This document shows positions 45,582 through 55,316 of a stretch of 64,000 nucleotides of DNA, in pieces (positions within the stretch are counted from its first letter, which is position 1; each line of letters begins with the position of its first letter). The stretch is from a virus. The stretch is from positions 64,001 to 128,000 of IMG/VR virus record IMGVR_UViG_3300022555_000010; one strand, 5' to 3'. The translations under genes were made by a program, and so were the position numbers. The notes under the pieces are model-generated. The model saw nothing but the letters and a program-made list of their open reading frames with translations. It had not been told where the DNA came from and did no database searches.

Positions 45582-45752
45582 ATGAAACTCCCAAACTACT
45601 TCTTAGATGATTGCTGTAAGAAGAAGCCGGGAGTCGAGTGGGATGGTGGGGAGATCACGGCTAAGTGCCGCAAGTGTGGGGACTTGGTCACAAATCGAGA
45701 GATGTGGAAATTGATGATTGCCTGGAATAAGAAAAAAAGAGGGTTGAAATGA
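45582..45752 (+). CDS. 56-aa Cys-containing leaderless ORF (not in ORF track)
   Basis: MKLPNYFLDDCC..CRKC..AWN; ATGA overlap with next gene. Confidence 0.55.
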   Translation: MKLPNYFLDDCCKKKPGVEWDGGEITAKCRKCGDLVTNREMWKLMIAWNKKKRGLK

Positions 45753-46117
45753 AGGACCAATCGGACTGGATATCGTTGATGAATGACAATGCTTTCATCT
45801 CTCTTGCAGATGTTAAGAAATGGTTGAATATTGGAACGGCCTGGCAAATGAGGAGATTGGTTGAGTATCAGTCGTTTCCGATGCCGGCATATGGGACTTC
45901 TCAAACGGCCAGGATGTCTCGGGGATGTCGGTGGAGAGTCGGAGATATCAGGGAATGGTTGAAGACGGGTAAATGTGTGAATGGTTGTGCTGAGATGTCA
46001 GAAAGACTTACGACCAGGATTGCGTCGGCTGAACGCAGAAGGTTGAACGGGAATCGGATTGCGAAGATTTACAGGGATTTGGATAGTAAGGGGTTAAAGC
46101 TTGGCGATAGGCCTTAA
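45749..46117 (+). CDS. AlpA/excisionase-like DNA-binding protein
   Basis: SLADV..FPMP..RWRVGDIREWL. Confidence 0.55.
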   Translation: MKDQSDWISLMNDNAFISLADVKKWLNIGTAWQMRRLVEYQSFPMPAYGTSQTARMSRGCRWRVGDIREWLKTGKCVNGCAEMSERLTTRIASAERRRLNGNRIAKIYRDLDSKGLKLGDRP

Positions 46118-46127
46118 GGGATAATTT

Positions 46128-46322
46128 ATGAAAGCGTATGGAGTTCCTCGGATTTGTGATGCTGAGTATTGTGACAAGGCGGATATCAAGAAGTACGGCA
46201 GGGCGACCGTGGATCGGTGTTCTCGGGCGGACAGGGGTAAGAACACGGCTCGTCGTATCTGGGCTAAAAAGGCTCGTCGTGATGGTAAAAAGGAAACGAT
46301 TCTTTCCGTATCGGCAGCCTAA
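46128..46322 (+). CDS. small basic hypothetical protein
   Basis: MKAYG..KKARR. Confidence 0.5.
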   Translation: MKAYGVPRICDAEYCDKADIKKYGRATVDRCSRADRGKNTARRIWAKKARRDGKKETILSVSAA

Positions 46323-46333
46323 TTCGGCAATGT
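46306..46333 (+). promoter_or_regulatory. phage promoter-like motif, leaderless
   Basis: ATG 46340 six nt downstream. Confidence 0.75.
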
Positions 46334-46339
46334 ATAGGT

Positions 46340-46597
46340 ATGAAAATGACAATACAAGGACAGGTTAAGGAATGTGCGGTCGCGATTCTGTATGCAAACC
46401 GTGGCAAACTGGGTGGAATCAACTTCCGGTACAATCTGAATCATTTTGGTGAGGCGATGCGTAAACACATGGCAGGGATCAAAGAGGAAGGTCTTGCGGT
46501 TCCCCAGGCGACTCTCAAGCTCGTGGCACGGGCTGAGAAGGTCTTGAATGAAGAATGTGACGGTAAGGATTGTTCATTTCAGAAGGTGGCAGTATGA
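46340..46597 (+). CDS. hypothetical protein
   Basis: leaderless start. Confidence 0.55.
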   Translation: MKMTIQGQVKECAVAILYANRGKLGGINFRYNLNHFGEAMRKHMAGIKEEGLAVPQATLKLVARAEKVLNEECDGKDCSFQKVAV

Positions 46598-47019
46598 GTA
46601 AATTAACGATAAAGGTGATGAGGCATGTTCGGGATCAGATTGAACAGGCGACCAAAGAACTTAAGGCGATGGATGCCAAAAAGGGAAAGTATCATGGGGC
46701 ACTTGCCTTCAGTCATTGGGCGGAATGGAATCTGATGGCTTATGTAAATCAAGAGGCTCGGTTGGCTGAATGGGAACAGTTCAAGGCGAGCATCGAGGCT
46801 CGGCTCAAAGAGGGATATGAGGACGATAACATTGTTCGTTGGATTGAGGGTTGGCGAGATGGTCTGGTGGAGATAGTCATGGGTGGGTATGCTCAACACA
46901 GCACGAATCAGATCGCCAACATGATCGAGGCTGAGAAGATTGATGTGAAGCGAAAGATGGCCGGGATGAGGATGATTGACTCGGGATCTTTGGAAGAACT
47001 GCTTTCAAATTTAAAATAA
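46594..47019 (+). CDS. hypothetical protein
   Basis: ATGA coupled. Confidence 0.55.
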   Translation: MSKLTIKVMRHVRDQIEQATKELKAMDAKKGKYHGALAFSHWAEWNLMAYVNQEARLAEWEQFKASIEARLKEGYEDDNIVRWIEGWRDGLVEIVMGGYAQHSTNQIANMIEAEKIDVKRKMAGMRMIDSGSLEELLSNLK

Positions 47020-47059
47020 ACAATCTCGGGGATGTTCCGGGAGTGTATAATGTGACTTG

Positions 47060-47342
47060 GGAAAGAGACGAGCGTTCGCTTTGATGAGTCCGATAAATCA
47101 TGGCTGCGAGTGTGAGTCTGGCACAAGCGGGGGCAATTAGAAGTTCCTGGGTTATCCCCAAAGGTGGTTCAGGACAATAGACCAATGGCTATGAAGAATG
47201 AGAGTATATGTTCAAAAGACATATATAGCCATACCGTGCGAGAAGCGTCAGTCTGATAAACGGCATCTTTAGTCGGTGAACCGTGGCGTTGAAATAATAC
47301 GTCAGCAAAAAGGACAGTGGAAAACCCACCTCGTCTCTTTCC
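47060..47342 (+). ncRNA. ~283-nt structured ncRNA candidate
   Basis: perfect 13-bp closing stem, internal hairpins, upstream TATAAT, downstream T tract. Confidence 0.65.
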
Positions 47343-47383
47343 TTTTCTGTTTTCGTTTTTATGATATTGTGGGTGAGTAGATT

Positions 47384-47466
47384 GCAGGTATGGCGAAATT
47401 GGCAGACGCACCAGACTCAAAATCTGGCGAGAAATCATGTGGGTTCAAGTCCCTCTACCTGTACCA
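47384..47466 (+). tRNA. tRNA-Leu (CAA)
   Basis: CCAGA-CTCAAAA-TCTGG, CCA. Confidence 0.93.
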
Positions 47467-47593
47467 AAGTTATTCGGAGGAGAGGATAATCCGTTAGGAC
47501 GGGAGATAGTAAACGGACCCTCATGAGAATACGAAAGCGTCGGTCGCACCCCGTATGCGGACTTCGGCTAACCAGTTACACTCAGGAGAAAAT

Positions 47594-48226
47594 ATGAACG
47601 TAAAATTAGTATGGATCACACCGGACGCCGAGAAATTTATCGCTTATTGTGCAAGGGTTTCGAATCCGGCCAACCAGGATAACCCGGATATTGAAGGTCT
47701 GATTCGGTATTGCATCAAGCACAAGCATTGGTCACCATTTCAGATGGCGAATGTCTGTGTCGAGGTAAATACGAGCCGGGCGATTACGGCTCAGATTGCC
47801 AGACACTCATCGTTGTCTATTCAGGAATTCAGTCAACGGTATGCCAAGGTTCAATCATTTGAGCCGATAGAAATCAGGAGACAGGACACGAAGAACCGGC
47901 AGAATTCGATTGATGACTTGCCTGTTGACCTCAAGGAATGGTGGAAGACAGAATGTGATAAGGTCCTGGAAGGGGCATCAAAGTTGTATTCTGAGGCGGT
48001 GGCGAAGGGGATAGCGAAAGAGTGTGCCAGGTTTGTTCTCCCGATGGCGTCTTCGAGTCGTATGTATTTGAATGGGAACGTCAGATCGTGGTTGCACTAT
48101 CTTGAAGTGAGGACAGGGCCTGACACACAGAAGGAGCATCGGGATATTGCTTTTGCGATTAAGGACATTATGACAGAACAGATGCCGTTGATAGCGAGGG
48201 CGACCGGGTGGACCGTTGATCATTAA
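47594..48226 (+). CDS. thyX: FAD-dependent thymidylate synthase
   Basis: HWSPF, QIARHSSLSIQEFSQRY, ECARFVLP, TQKEHR; AGGAG RBS. Confidence 0.93.
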   Translation: MNVKLVWITPDAEKFIAYCARVSNPANQDNPDIEGLIRYCIKHKHWSPFQMANVCVEVNTSRAITAQIARHSSLSIQEFSQRYAKVQSFEPIEIRRQDTKNRQNSIDDLPVDLKEWWKTECDKVLEGASKLYSEAVAKGIAKECARFVLPMASSSRMYLNGNVRSWLHYLEVRTGPDTQKEHRDIAFAIKDIMTEQMPLIARATGWTVDH

Positions 48227-48240
48227 TTATGAGATAATTT

Positions 48241-48326
48241 GCTCGGGTGGTGAAATGGCAGACACATCAGTTTGAGGGGCTGATGACCGCAAGGTCGTGG
48301 GGGTTCAAGTCCCCCTTCGAGCACCA
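48241..48326 (+). tRNA. tRNA-Leu (GAG)
   Basis: TCAGT-TTGAGGG-GCTGA, V arm, CCA. Confidence 0.93.
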
Positions 48327-48335
48327 GGTTGAATT

Positions 48336-48419
48336 GCCGGTATGGTGAAATTGGCAGACACGTTAGCCTTAGAAGCTAATGCCGTAAGCGTGGGGGTTCA
48401 AGTCCCTCTACCGGCACCA
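48336..48419 (+). tRNA. tRNA-Leu (TAG)
   Basis: TTAGC-CTTAGAA-GCTAA, CCA. Confidence 0.93.
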
Positions 48420-48620
48420 TTTAGAAAGAGAAGGTAAAGATGAAATGCTGTATATGTAACGAAGAAGTGGACACAACGGTCAGTCAGATTCCTCCGACAT
48501 GGTATGGAACATTTCGAGGTGAGAAGATGTTGGCAGTTATACACGACAAGTGTATTGAGGAGCCTGGAGTCCGTGATCGCTGGATCAAGGGAGAGTTTTA
48601 CGACCTTGCTAAAGAGTAAT

Positions 48621-48708
48621 GGAAGAATGCTGTAATTGGTTAGCAGGCATCGTTGGAAACGATGTGTGGTGAAAGCCATTGTGAGTTCGAGTCTCACTTC
48701 TTCCGCCA
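48621..48708 (+). tRNA. tRNA-Ser (GGA)
   Basis: CATCG-TTGGAAA-CGATG, V arm, GCCA. Confidence 0.93.
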
Positions 48709-49049
48709 CAAAAAGGATGATATGAATAACACTTACGATATTAAGGTTTCTTCTCCCCTATTAAGACCAGGGATGGTCATCAGGACAACGTGTAGTGAGA
48801 AATATGTTGTCCCGGTCGTCAATAAAATGATGGATATGGTTCGGGAGATTAATACTCCGAAGCCGGAGAAAGGGAAGAAGAAATGACATACGAACAAGTA
48901 TTTACAAAAGAGGCTGTGGAACAGATGGTCAAGGATGAGTTGACTGTTCCGACGAAGGAAAGGATGACCTGCACGACTTGTGCGGATAATCAGACCTGTG
49001 AATTCGCCTGGGATCTTTATAATACGGATGGGGATTGTCTGGCGGTAAA

Positions 49050-49343
49050 ATGAAGACCGAGGAAAGACAAGAATGGGTTTATCGTTCCGGGCTTAAGCCT
49101 GAATGGGTTTATTGTGTCTATCTCTTGGAGTGTAAGGACAAGACTCTGTATTGTGGGATCACCAAGGACATTGTGAGGCGTTTAAGACAGCACAATGCCG
49201 GCAAGGGGGCCAAATACACTCGGGGCCGACTACCAGTCAGTATTTTAAGACGGAGTGTCCTGATGGGGCACGGAGATGCCTTGAGGCTTGAAATGAAGAT
49301 CAAGAAGCTGCCTCGGGATCAGAAATTGGCCGCCTTGTTGTGA
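49050..49343 (+). CDS. small GIY-YIG nuclease (UPF0213/YazA-like)
   Basis: VYLLECKDKTLYCGIT..RL.QHN.GKGAKYTRGRLP..ALRLE..IK. Confidence 0.85.
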   Translation: MKTEERQEWVYRSGLKPEWVYCVYLLECKDKTLYCGITKDIVRRLRQHNAGKGAKYTRGRLPVSILRRSVLMGHGDALRLEMKIKKLPRDQKLAALL

Positions 49344-49600
49344 AAAGTAAGTTCGAGATTGCTCACGTCTTTGGGAAGTCTTGCAGAAAGTGTAGAAAAA
49401 TTTACAGTTCTTGCAAGGTTTGTCCTGATTGTCAGGGAGATGTGGTTGTTGTGATGTGTCCGGTAAAGGTTCCCAGGGGTTGCATTTTGGTGTGGGATGA
49501 TGGTACAGTACCCGGAAATGATTTTTGGGCTGAGATGTCTGATCTCGAATTTGGGATGTTTCAAGAGGCGATTGTTCATAAGAGGCCTGGAAGAAGTTGA
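49340..49600 (+). CDS. hypothetical Zn-ribbon protein
   Basis: CRKC..CPDC. Confidence 0.5.
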   Translation: MKSKFEIAHVFGKSCRKCRKIYSSCKVCPDCQGDVVVVMCPVKVPRGCILVWDDGTVPGNDFWAEMSDLEFGMFQEAIVHKRPGRS

Positions 49601-49607
49601 TTTTTTT

Positions 49608-49682
49608 GCGTCGTTAATTCAGTGGTAGAATGACTCGTTGCCAACGAGTATGTCATCGGTTCAAGCCCGATACGACGCTCCA
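49608..49682 (+). tRNA. tRNA-Gly (GCC)
   Basis: ACTCG-TTGCCAA-CGAGT, TCCA. Confidence 0.93.
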
Positions 49683-49704
49683 AAACTAAAAGGAGAAACA
49701 AGGT

Positions 49705-50229
49705 ATGAAGAAGATTGGCACATTGATTGGATGGGGTTGGTTGGGTGGGGTTGTATTGGCTGGAATTCTGATGGTTGGGTGTACTCAGCCACAGGTGCAA
49801 GCCGTTGCTACGCAGGCAGGTATGGTGGCATCGGTTCTCTGGATTGGGGCGGACAATCCGACTCCGGATCAGAAAATGGTGGCAGCAACTATTGTCTCTC
49901 AGATCAAAAAGAGTTCAGCGACTATTTCGGCAAGTAATAGTACATATTACGCGGTGTTGTCCCCGGTGATTGATGCTTACATTGCGAAGAATGTTGTGTC
50001 GAATCAGGTCGCGATCGCGAAGATTACTGAGATCTGGGTATTGACGAGTATTGACACGATGTTTGCGATGAATACATCCTGGATGGGAAATGTTTCGATG
50101 GTATCGATAGGGGTGACATCTTTTTGTGATGGGGCACAGGTTGGTTTGGGATTACCGGCAGACAGTCCGGCGATCAAGGCGATTACCCAGGGATCGAAAG
50201 CTCGGAAGGTGGCTCTCAAATTGAAATAG
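49705..50229 (+). CDS. putative lipoprotein
   Basis: signal peptide with MVGC lipobox; AGGAG RBS. Confidence 0.6.
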   Translation: MKKIGTLIGWGWLGGVVLAGILMVGCTQPQVQAVATQAGMVASVLWIGADNPTPDQKMVAATIVSQIKKSSATISASNSTYYAVLSPVIDAYIAKNVVSNQVAIAKITEIWVLTSIDTMFAMNTSWMGNVSMVSIGVTSFCDGAQVGLGLPADSPAIKAITQGSKARKVALKLK

Positions 50230-50253
50230 CCTTTTCTGGGTGATGATGGATTG

Positions 50254-50292
50254 AAGGCCGGCAGGTGGGAACACTTGTCGGCTTTTTGTTTT
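50254..50292 (+). terminator. intrinsic terminator
   Basis: AAGGCCGGCAGGTG-GGAA-CACTTGTCGGCTTT followed by T tract. Confidence 0.75.
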
Positions 50293-50378
50293 ACTGTGCG
50301 GAATCTTTTATATTTCTCTCATAGTTGAAGGCCAAACTCCGGGATCGGGGTGGGGCATAATTCTATTTAAGGACGACC

Positions 50379-52337
50379 ATGAGAGTATATCGAAGTAAGA
50401 TGCGGTTCTTCTGTGCTCCGCTAAAGGCTTATATTCCTGTCGGGGCGACAATTGCTCGATATGAATATGCTGTCCGTTTGGTCATCAATTTAGATCCTAC
50501 CGGGATTACAACGGATGAGCTTCTTGGCATTGGGATGGTTGTTGAGGACCCGGAAGAAGTCAAGTGGTTCTACAAACTTGAGCCGCCACCGTTTGGAGAT
50601 GACACGGGGCATTTTGTCTATCTTGAATCTTATCCTGAAGATTCTTATGGAAATGTGGAAGCTGGTGGGGCCGGATTCCAAGGACCTCAAGGTCCGGCAG
50701 GTTCAGGCGGTGGTGGGGTACAAGGACCTCAAGGTCCGGCAGGTTCAGGCGGTGGTGGGGTACAAGGACCTCAAGGTGTTCGTGGGGTGAATGGATCGGC
50801 TGGCACTCAAGGCACTCAGGGATTTCAAGGTCATCAAGGTAATCAGGGTTCACAGGGCAATCAAGGCGTTGGGGGTTCACCCGGATCTATTGGGACACAA
50901 GGCAATCAGGGTTTTGTGGGAGTTATTGGTCTTCAGGGTCTTCAAGGAAATCAAGGTTTGGTTGGAACTGGAACACAAGGGCCGGCTGGCAATCCAGGAG
51001 GACCACAAGGTAATCAGGGACTACAAGGTATTACTGGTAATGATGGTAGTCCTGGCGGGTATCAGGGGCCGCAAGGCAAGCAAGGTATTCAAGGATTACA
51101 AGGTAATGGGATTCAAGGATTCCAAGGTCTTCAGGGAACAACGGGATCGTCTGGTGGTTCTGGTTCACAAGGGTCACAAGGTAATCAAGGTTTGGTTGGA
51201 ACTGGAACACAAGGTTCTCAGGGGACACAAGGTTCTCAGGGGAATCAAGGTTCTCAGGGGAATGTCGGTATTCAGGGAAATGCAGGCTTTACAGGTGCTA
51301 CTGGTCTTCAAGGTTCTCAGGGGCCACAAGGACTGCAAGGTTCTACTGGTCTTCAAGGCTTCCAAGGGCATCAGGGATTCCAGGGAAATCAGGGGTTTCA
51401 GGGAAATCAAGGTCTTCAAGGATTTCAGGGACTTCAAGGGTTGCAAGGGTTGCAAGGTGCTGATGGTCAGCAAGGTTTTCAAGGTAATCGGGGAGTTGTG
51501 GGATCATCCGGATCTCAAGGCAACCAGGGATCTCAAGGATTTCAGAGTTCTGTTGGTGTTCAAGGAAACCAAGGATTTCAGGGTATTCCAGGGACTGTGG
51601 CAGGACCACAAGGTGTTCAAGGGAACACGGGATCTGCGGGAGGCACCGGTCTTCAAGGTAATCAAGGATTTCAAGGATATCAGGGAACTGGGGTTCAAGG
51701 AACGACAGGTGCTACTGGGGTTCAAGGTAATCAAGGTTTCCAAGGTTTTCAGGGAACAACGGGATTAATAGGTCCTCAAGGATTTCAGGGATTCCAAGGT
51801 TATCAGGGATTCCAAGGATTACAAGGAACAGGTCCTCAAGGTGTTCAGGGATTCCAAGGTTATCAGGGATTCCAAGGATTACAAGGAACAGGTCCTCAAG
51901 GTGTTCAAGGATTCCAAGGGCTACAGAGTAGTGTTGGATTACAAGGACTTCAGGGGCCATTAGGCACTCAGGGTAATGTTGGTACGACAGGACCGCAGGG
52001 TGGCGTAGGATTTTCTTCAATTGTGCCTTTGGGAAGTGTTTCGGGGAATGTCAATACGGACATGAGGCTGGGGAACATTTTCAAGGCAACGCTTACGGGT
52101 AATATAACATTGATGAATCCGACCGGGTATGTTGATGGGCAATCTATCAGTTGGTATTTGAAACAGGATGGTTCTGGAGGACATGGAATCACCTTAGATT
52201 CGAAAATCAATATCCCGACGAGTGCTTCTAGCCCACTTTCGTTTTCAACTGATCCAGGCAAGATGGATATTTTAGTTGTCAGGTACGATGGTGCCGCAGA
52301 CAAGTTTCAAGTTCTATCTATGGTCCCAGGGTATTGA
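50379..52337 (+). CDS. collagen-like (G-x-Q) fibre protein
   Basis: long Gly-X-Gln triplets; C-terminal LKQDGSGG fibre-type domain. Confidence 0.85.
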   Translation: MRVYRSKMRFFCAPLKAYIPVGATIARYEYAVRLVINLDPTGITTDELLGIGMVVEDPEEVKWFYKLEPPPFGDDTGHFVYLESYPEDSYGNVEAGGAGFQGPQGPAGSGGGGVQGPQGPAGSGGGGVQGPQGVRGVNGSAGTQGTQGFQGHQGNQGSQGNQGVGGSPGSIGTQGNQGFVGVIGLQGLQGNQGLVGTGTQGPAGNPGGPQGNQGLQGITGNDGSPGGYQGPQGKQGIQGLQGNGIQGFQGLQGTTGSSGGSGSQGSQGNQGLVGTGTQGSQGTQGSQGNQGSQGNVGIQGNAGFTGATGLQGSQGPQGLQGSTGLQGFQGHQGFQGNQGFQGNQGLQGFQGLQGLQGLQGADGQQGFQGNRGVVGSSGSQGNQGSQGFQSSVGVQGNQGFQGIPGTVAGPQGVQGNTGSAGGTGLQGNQGFQGYQGTGVQGTTGATGVQGNQGFQGFQGTTGLIGPQGFQGFQGYQGFQGLQGTGPQGVQGFQGYQGFQGLQGTGPQGVQGFQGLQSSVGLQGLQGPLGTQGNVGTTGPQGGVGFSSIVPLGSVSGNVNTDMRLGNIFKATLTGNITLMNPTGYVDGQSISWYLKQDGSGGHGITLDSKINIPTSASSPLSFSTDPGKMDILVVRYDGAADKFQVLSMVPGY

Positions 52338-52348
52338 GGAGGCTAATT

Positions 52349-54805
52349 ATGGCAACTCTCTACTTTCAGGATACGAGATCACCGGGTCCAGCAGATTATG
52401 CGTGGGATACTGCTGGAAACTGGTGGCATAGTTGTGACAATTTAGGGGTCGTTTCAAATCCCAATGGGGCGATCCCGCTTGTAAATGACAACATCTATAT
52501 TGTCGGACAAATGGACCACGGACCATCAGTTCCTATAAGTCTTATCGCGATTAATGTTGGAGCAATAAGGTATGGTGGTGCTTATGTGCCAGTAGGAGGA
52601 ACATTCCAAGTCGATTGCACTCGTGCATCAACTGATGAAATCATGTTTAGGGGATGGTCGAGTAATAAGGGGTCAATCTATCATTCTTCGTTTTACGATT
52701 ATGCTGGAAATCAACCAACCGGAATAATTTACGGTTGGGGATATTTCAATCAAGGGTCATTTAACGAAGGAGAGATCATTGGAGATGGTGGATATTTCGC
52801 AAACGACTCCATGAATGGAACTTTGGCACATATCAATGGAAGTGGAAGTTTTGACAATAACTCGGCGAATCTGGGACTCATAGACTTTTTCTCAGTCTTC
52901 TATGAAAACACTTTCAATGATGCCACAGGATCAATTGGAAGCGGGGAGTTTTTCGACACTTCGTTTAATGCTGGTATTTGCCTGAAGAGAATTGTAGGAG
53001 GAATCCCATTCAGTTCCGGGGATGCTATTTTCTATAGCACTTCATACAATCACACCACGGGGGATGTTCAGGGAACAGCATCCTATTACAATGACACAAT
53101 CAATTATTCAAATACATATCCAAGTGTCCGGCACGCAGAGTTCTATGACTCGTCAATAAATGAGTATGGTTCGAGCATATCGGATGCTCTTTTCTATAAC
53201 AATTCCAATAACAATGGCCAGGTAGGGTCATCACAATTTTGGAATAACTCGTTTAATGCCAACTATGGGGTGCTTATAACGACTTCGGAATTCCATGACT
53301 CGGCATACAATCAAACATTGAATTCGGGCGGGACCGAGGTTGTTTATTTTTATGATTATTCGTTCAACAATGGGAGAGCGGGAACTTGTTATTTTGAAAA
53401 CTATTCCGTAAATCATGGTTATGGATTGTATGTTTACTTTGACGATTATTCATACAACTACAGTTATGGTGCTGCGGCGACAGGCGTGTTCAGGAGTGGA
53501 GACACATATAATTCTGGTGAAGTTGATACCGGGTATTTTCATCTGTCGTCTCAGAACTTTGGATACCTTTGGAATTATGCGGAATTTTACGATACTTCGG
53601 AAAATCACGGTCCGTATGTGTATGGATTGACTACGACTTGTTATTTCTACAATGCTTCAAAGAACTTTGCACATGAATATGCTGGATATTTCTATTCAAC
53701 ATCTGAGAACCAAGGTTCTGTAGACCATGCAGAGTTTCACGATAGTTCATACAACACAGTGGATGTTGGATATGATGTTTCATTCTTTGACACGTCACAT
53801 AATGCTGTGGGTGGATGGATCGGGTCAAGGGGATGGGGGACTGTCAATTTTTATGGATCATCGGTAAATTATGGTTATGTCCAATATGAGGCATATTTTG
53901 AAAACACCTCAATTAATGACACGACAGGGTTAGTCGTAACTGGGCATTTTGACACGACATCTTACAATTTGGGAACAGTAACTACGGGAACATTCAATAA
54001 TAGTTCGTCGAATCGTTTGGGTGGCCATGTGTCTACGGGGGATTTCCACAATACGACTTACAATGCGGGGATAACTGATTCCGGGTCGTTTTATGATACG
54101 GCCTACAATTCACATCAGGTGGGTTCTGGTTATTTTCATAATTCTTCTAAAAATACTGGGAGTGTTGAGACGGGGGAATTTCACGATTCGGCGTATAATG
54201 ACACGACAGGAACTTGTAGTCCAAATGATGCCCTGTTTTATGACACTTCTCAAAATCGCGGTATCGCGGATTCAGCCGATTTTTACGACTCATCGCAAAT
54301 GACGGCTCCGGGATCTTGTAGTACTGCCAACTTTTGGGCATCCTCAAAGAATTACGGAAGTGGCAACTCTTGTTCTTTTCACGACACTTCTGAGAATCAC
54401 GGGACGATTCCGACACTTGCCGGTTTCTATGATTCGTCGTTGAATAAGCACTTAATACCTACAGGGGTTTTCCATCATAATTCAACCAATCATACGAGTG
54501 GAACGGTTACGGCTGCGACATTCTATGATTTTTCAGGAAACAATGGAGCGGTCAACAATTCGGTATTCAATAATGACTCATACAATGGATTGACCGGGAA
54601 TGTTTCAGGGACGGCGACGATGAGGGATTCAAGTTATTCGATGAATACATCAGGAATGACGACAAAGGTATGGAGAGATACCGGGAATGTAATCGTTCCA
54701 GAACTTCATCAGGTAGCACCAGGAGTTCATTATGGGACGGGGCTGGCTCAAGTTGGGACAGCGAAGAATGGAATAAGGGGGACAGGAGTCCTCGGATTTT
54801 TATAA
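52349..54805 (+). CDS. beta-helix/solenoid repeat protein, likely fibre or spike
   Basis: about 16-aa repeats FxDxSxNxG; GGAGG RBS. Confidence 0.75.
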   Translation: MATLYFQDTRSPGPADYAWDTAGNWWHSCDNLGVVSNPNGAIPLVNDNIYIVGQMDHGPSVPISLIAINVGAIRYGGAYVPVGGTFQVDCTRASTDEIMFRGWSSNKGSIYHSSFYDYAGNQPTGIIYGWGYFNQGSFNEGEIIGDGGYFANDSMNGTLAHINGSGSFDNNSANLGLIDFFSVFYENTFNDATGSIGSGEFFDTSFNAGICLKRIVGGIPFSSGDAIFYSTSYNHTTGDVQGTASYYNDTINYSNTYPSVRHAEFYDSSINEYGSSISDALFYNNSNNNGQVGSSQFWNNSFNANYGVLITTSEFHDSAYNQTLNSGGTEVVYFYDYSFNNGRAGTCYFENYSVNHGYGLYVYFDDYSYNYSYGAAATGVFRSGDTYNSGEVDTGYFHLSSQNFGYLWNYAEFYDTSENHGPYVYGLTTTCYFYNASKNFAHEYAGYFYSTSENQGSVDHAEFHDSSYNTVDVGYDVSFFDTSHNAVGGWIGSRGWGTVNFYGSSVNYGYVQYEAYFENTSINDTTGLVVTGHFDTTSYNLGTVTTGTFNNSSSNRLGGHVSTGDFHNTTYNAGITDSGSFYDTAYNSHQVGSGYFHNSSKNTGSVETGEFHDSAYNDTTGTCSPNDALFYDTSQNRGIADSADFYDSSQMTAPGSCSTANFWASSKNYGSGNSCSFHDTSENHGTIPTLAGFYDSSLNKHLIPTGVFHHNSTNHTSGTVTAATFYDFSGNNGAVNNSVFNNDSYNGLTGNVSGTATMRDSSYSMNTSGMTTKVWRDTGNVIVPELHQVAPGVHYGTGLAQVGTAKNGIRGTGVLGFL

Positions 54806-54824
54806 GTAAAAAGGAGAAGAGACA

Positions 54825-55262
54825 ATGCAAGTAGACATCAATAAGACAGTAAGTTACGAGGTTGCAAAGGTTGAGGTAATGGGGGTCAACATCGGCAAGA
54901 ATGCAGACGGAAGCATGATCTTCATGGTCCCGTATTGTTGGTTGGCAGCAGATGGTTCTGTCATTCGGCAGAATACTGGTCGTTATTCCGCTGCGGAATT
55001 GACCGCAGCCCTGGGTGGAGGCCAAGATGCGATAGATATGATGACAAAGATTGCATCTCTATTCCCGGAAGGAGATCGTCCTTCTTTGAGTATTAGGACA
55101 ATGCTGGACAAGGTTGTGGTATATGCAGGGCACAATGAGACGGTAGACGGCAAGCCGAAGCCCGTTGTCGTTCAGTACACTGACGCGGATCTTACGGCCA
55201 AGGGTGTGACTGAGGCGATGATTGTCGCTGTGATTCAACAGTTGGCAGTGGTATTGGTATAA
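54825..55262 (+). CDS. hypothetical protein
   Basis: AGGAG RBS, lies between fibre paralogues. Confidence 0.65.
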   Translation: MQVDINKTVSYEVAKVEVMGVNIGKNADGSMIFMVPYCWLAADGSVIRQNTGRYSAAELTAALGGGQDAIDMMTKIASLFPEGDRPSLSIRTMLDKVVVYAGHNETVDGKPKPVVVQYTDADLTAKGVTEAMIVAVIQQLAVVLV

Positions 55263-55316
55263 TAAATCGGTCAGGACTTCAGGCATCTAAATGGTGCCTG
55301 GGGACTGAGGAGAATT

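Noticed and set aside
47060-47342. RNase P RNA or hammerhead ribozyme
   Set aside because: It lacks the GAGGAAAGTCC and AACAGAA consensus. TTGATGAGTCC..GGAC is hammerhead-like but lacks the CUGA start and the adjacent GAAA.
50670-52000. CRISPR or non-coding tandem array; long alternate-frame ORF 50791..51768
   Set aside because: The periodicity is explained by collagen codons, and the alternate ORF is a shadow frame. No repeat-spacer array was seen anywhere in the window.
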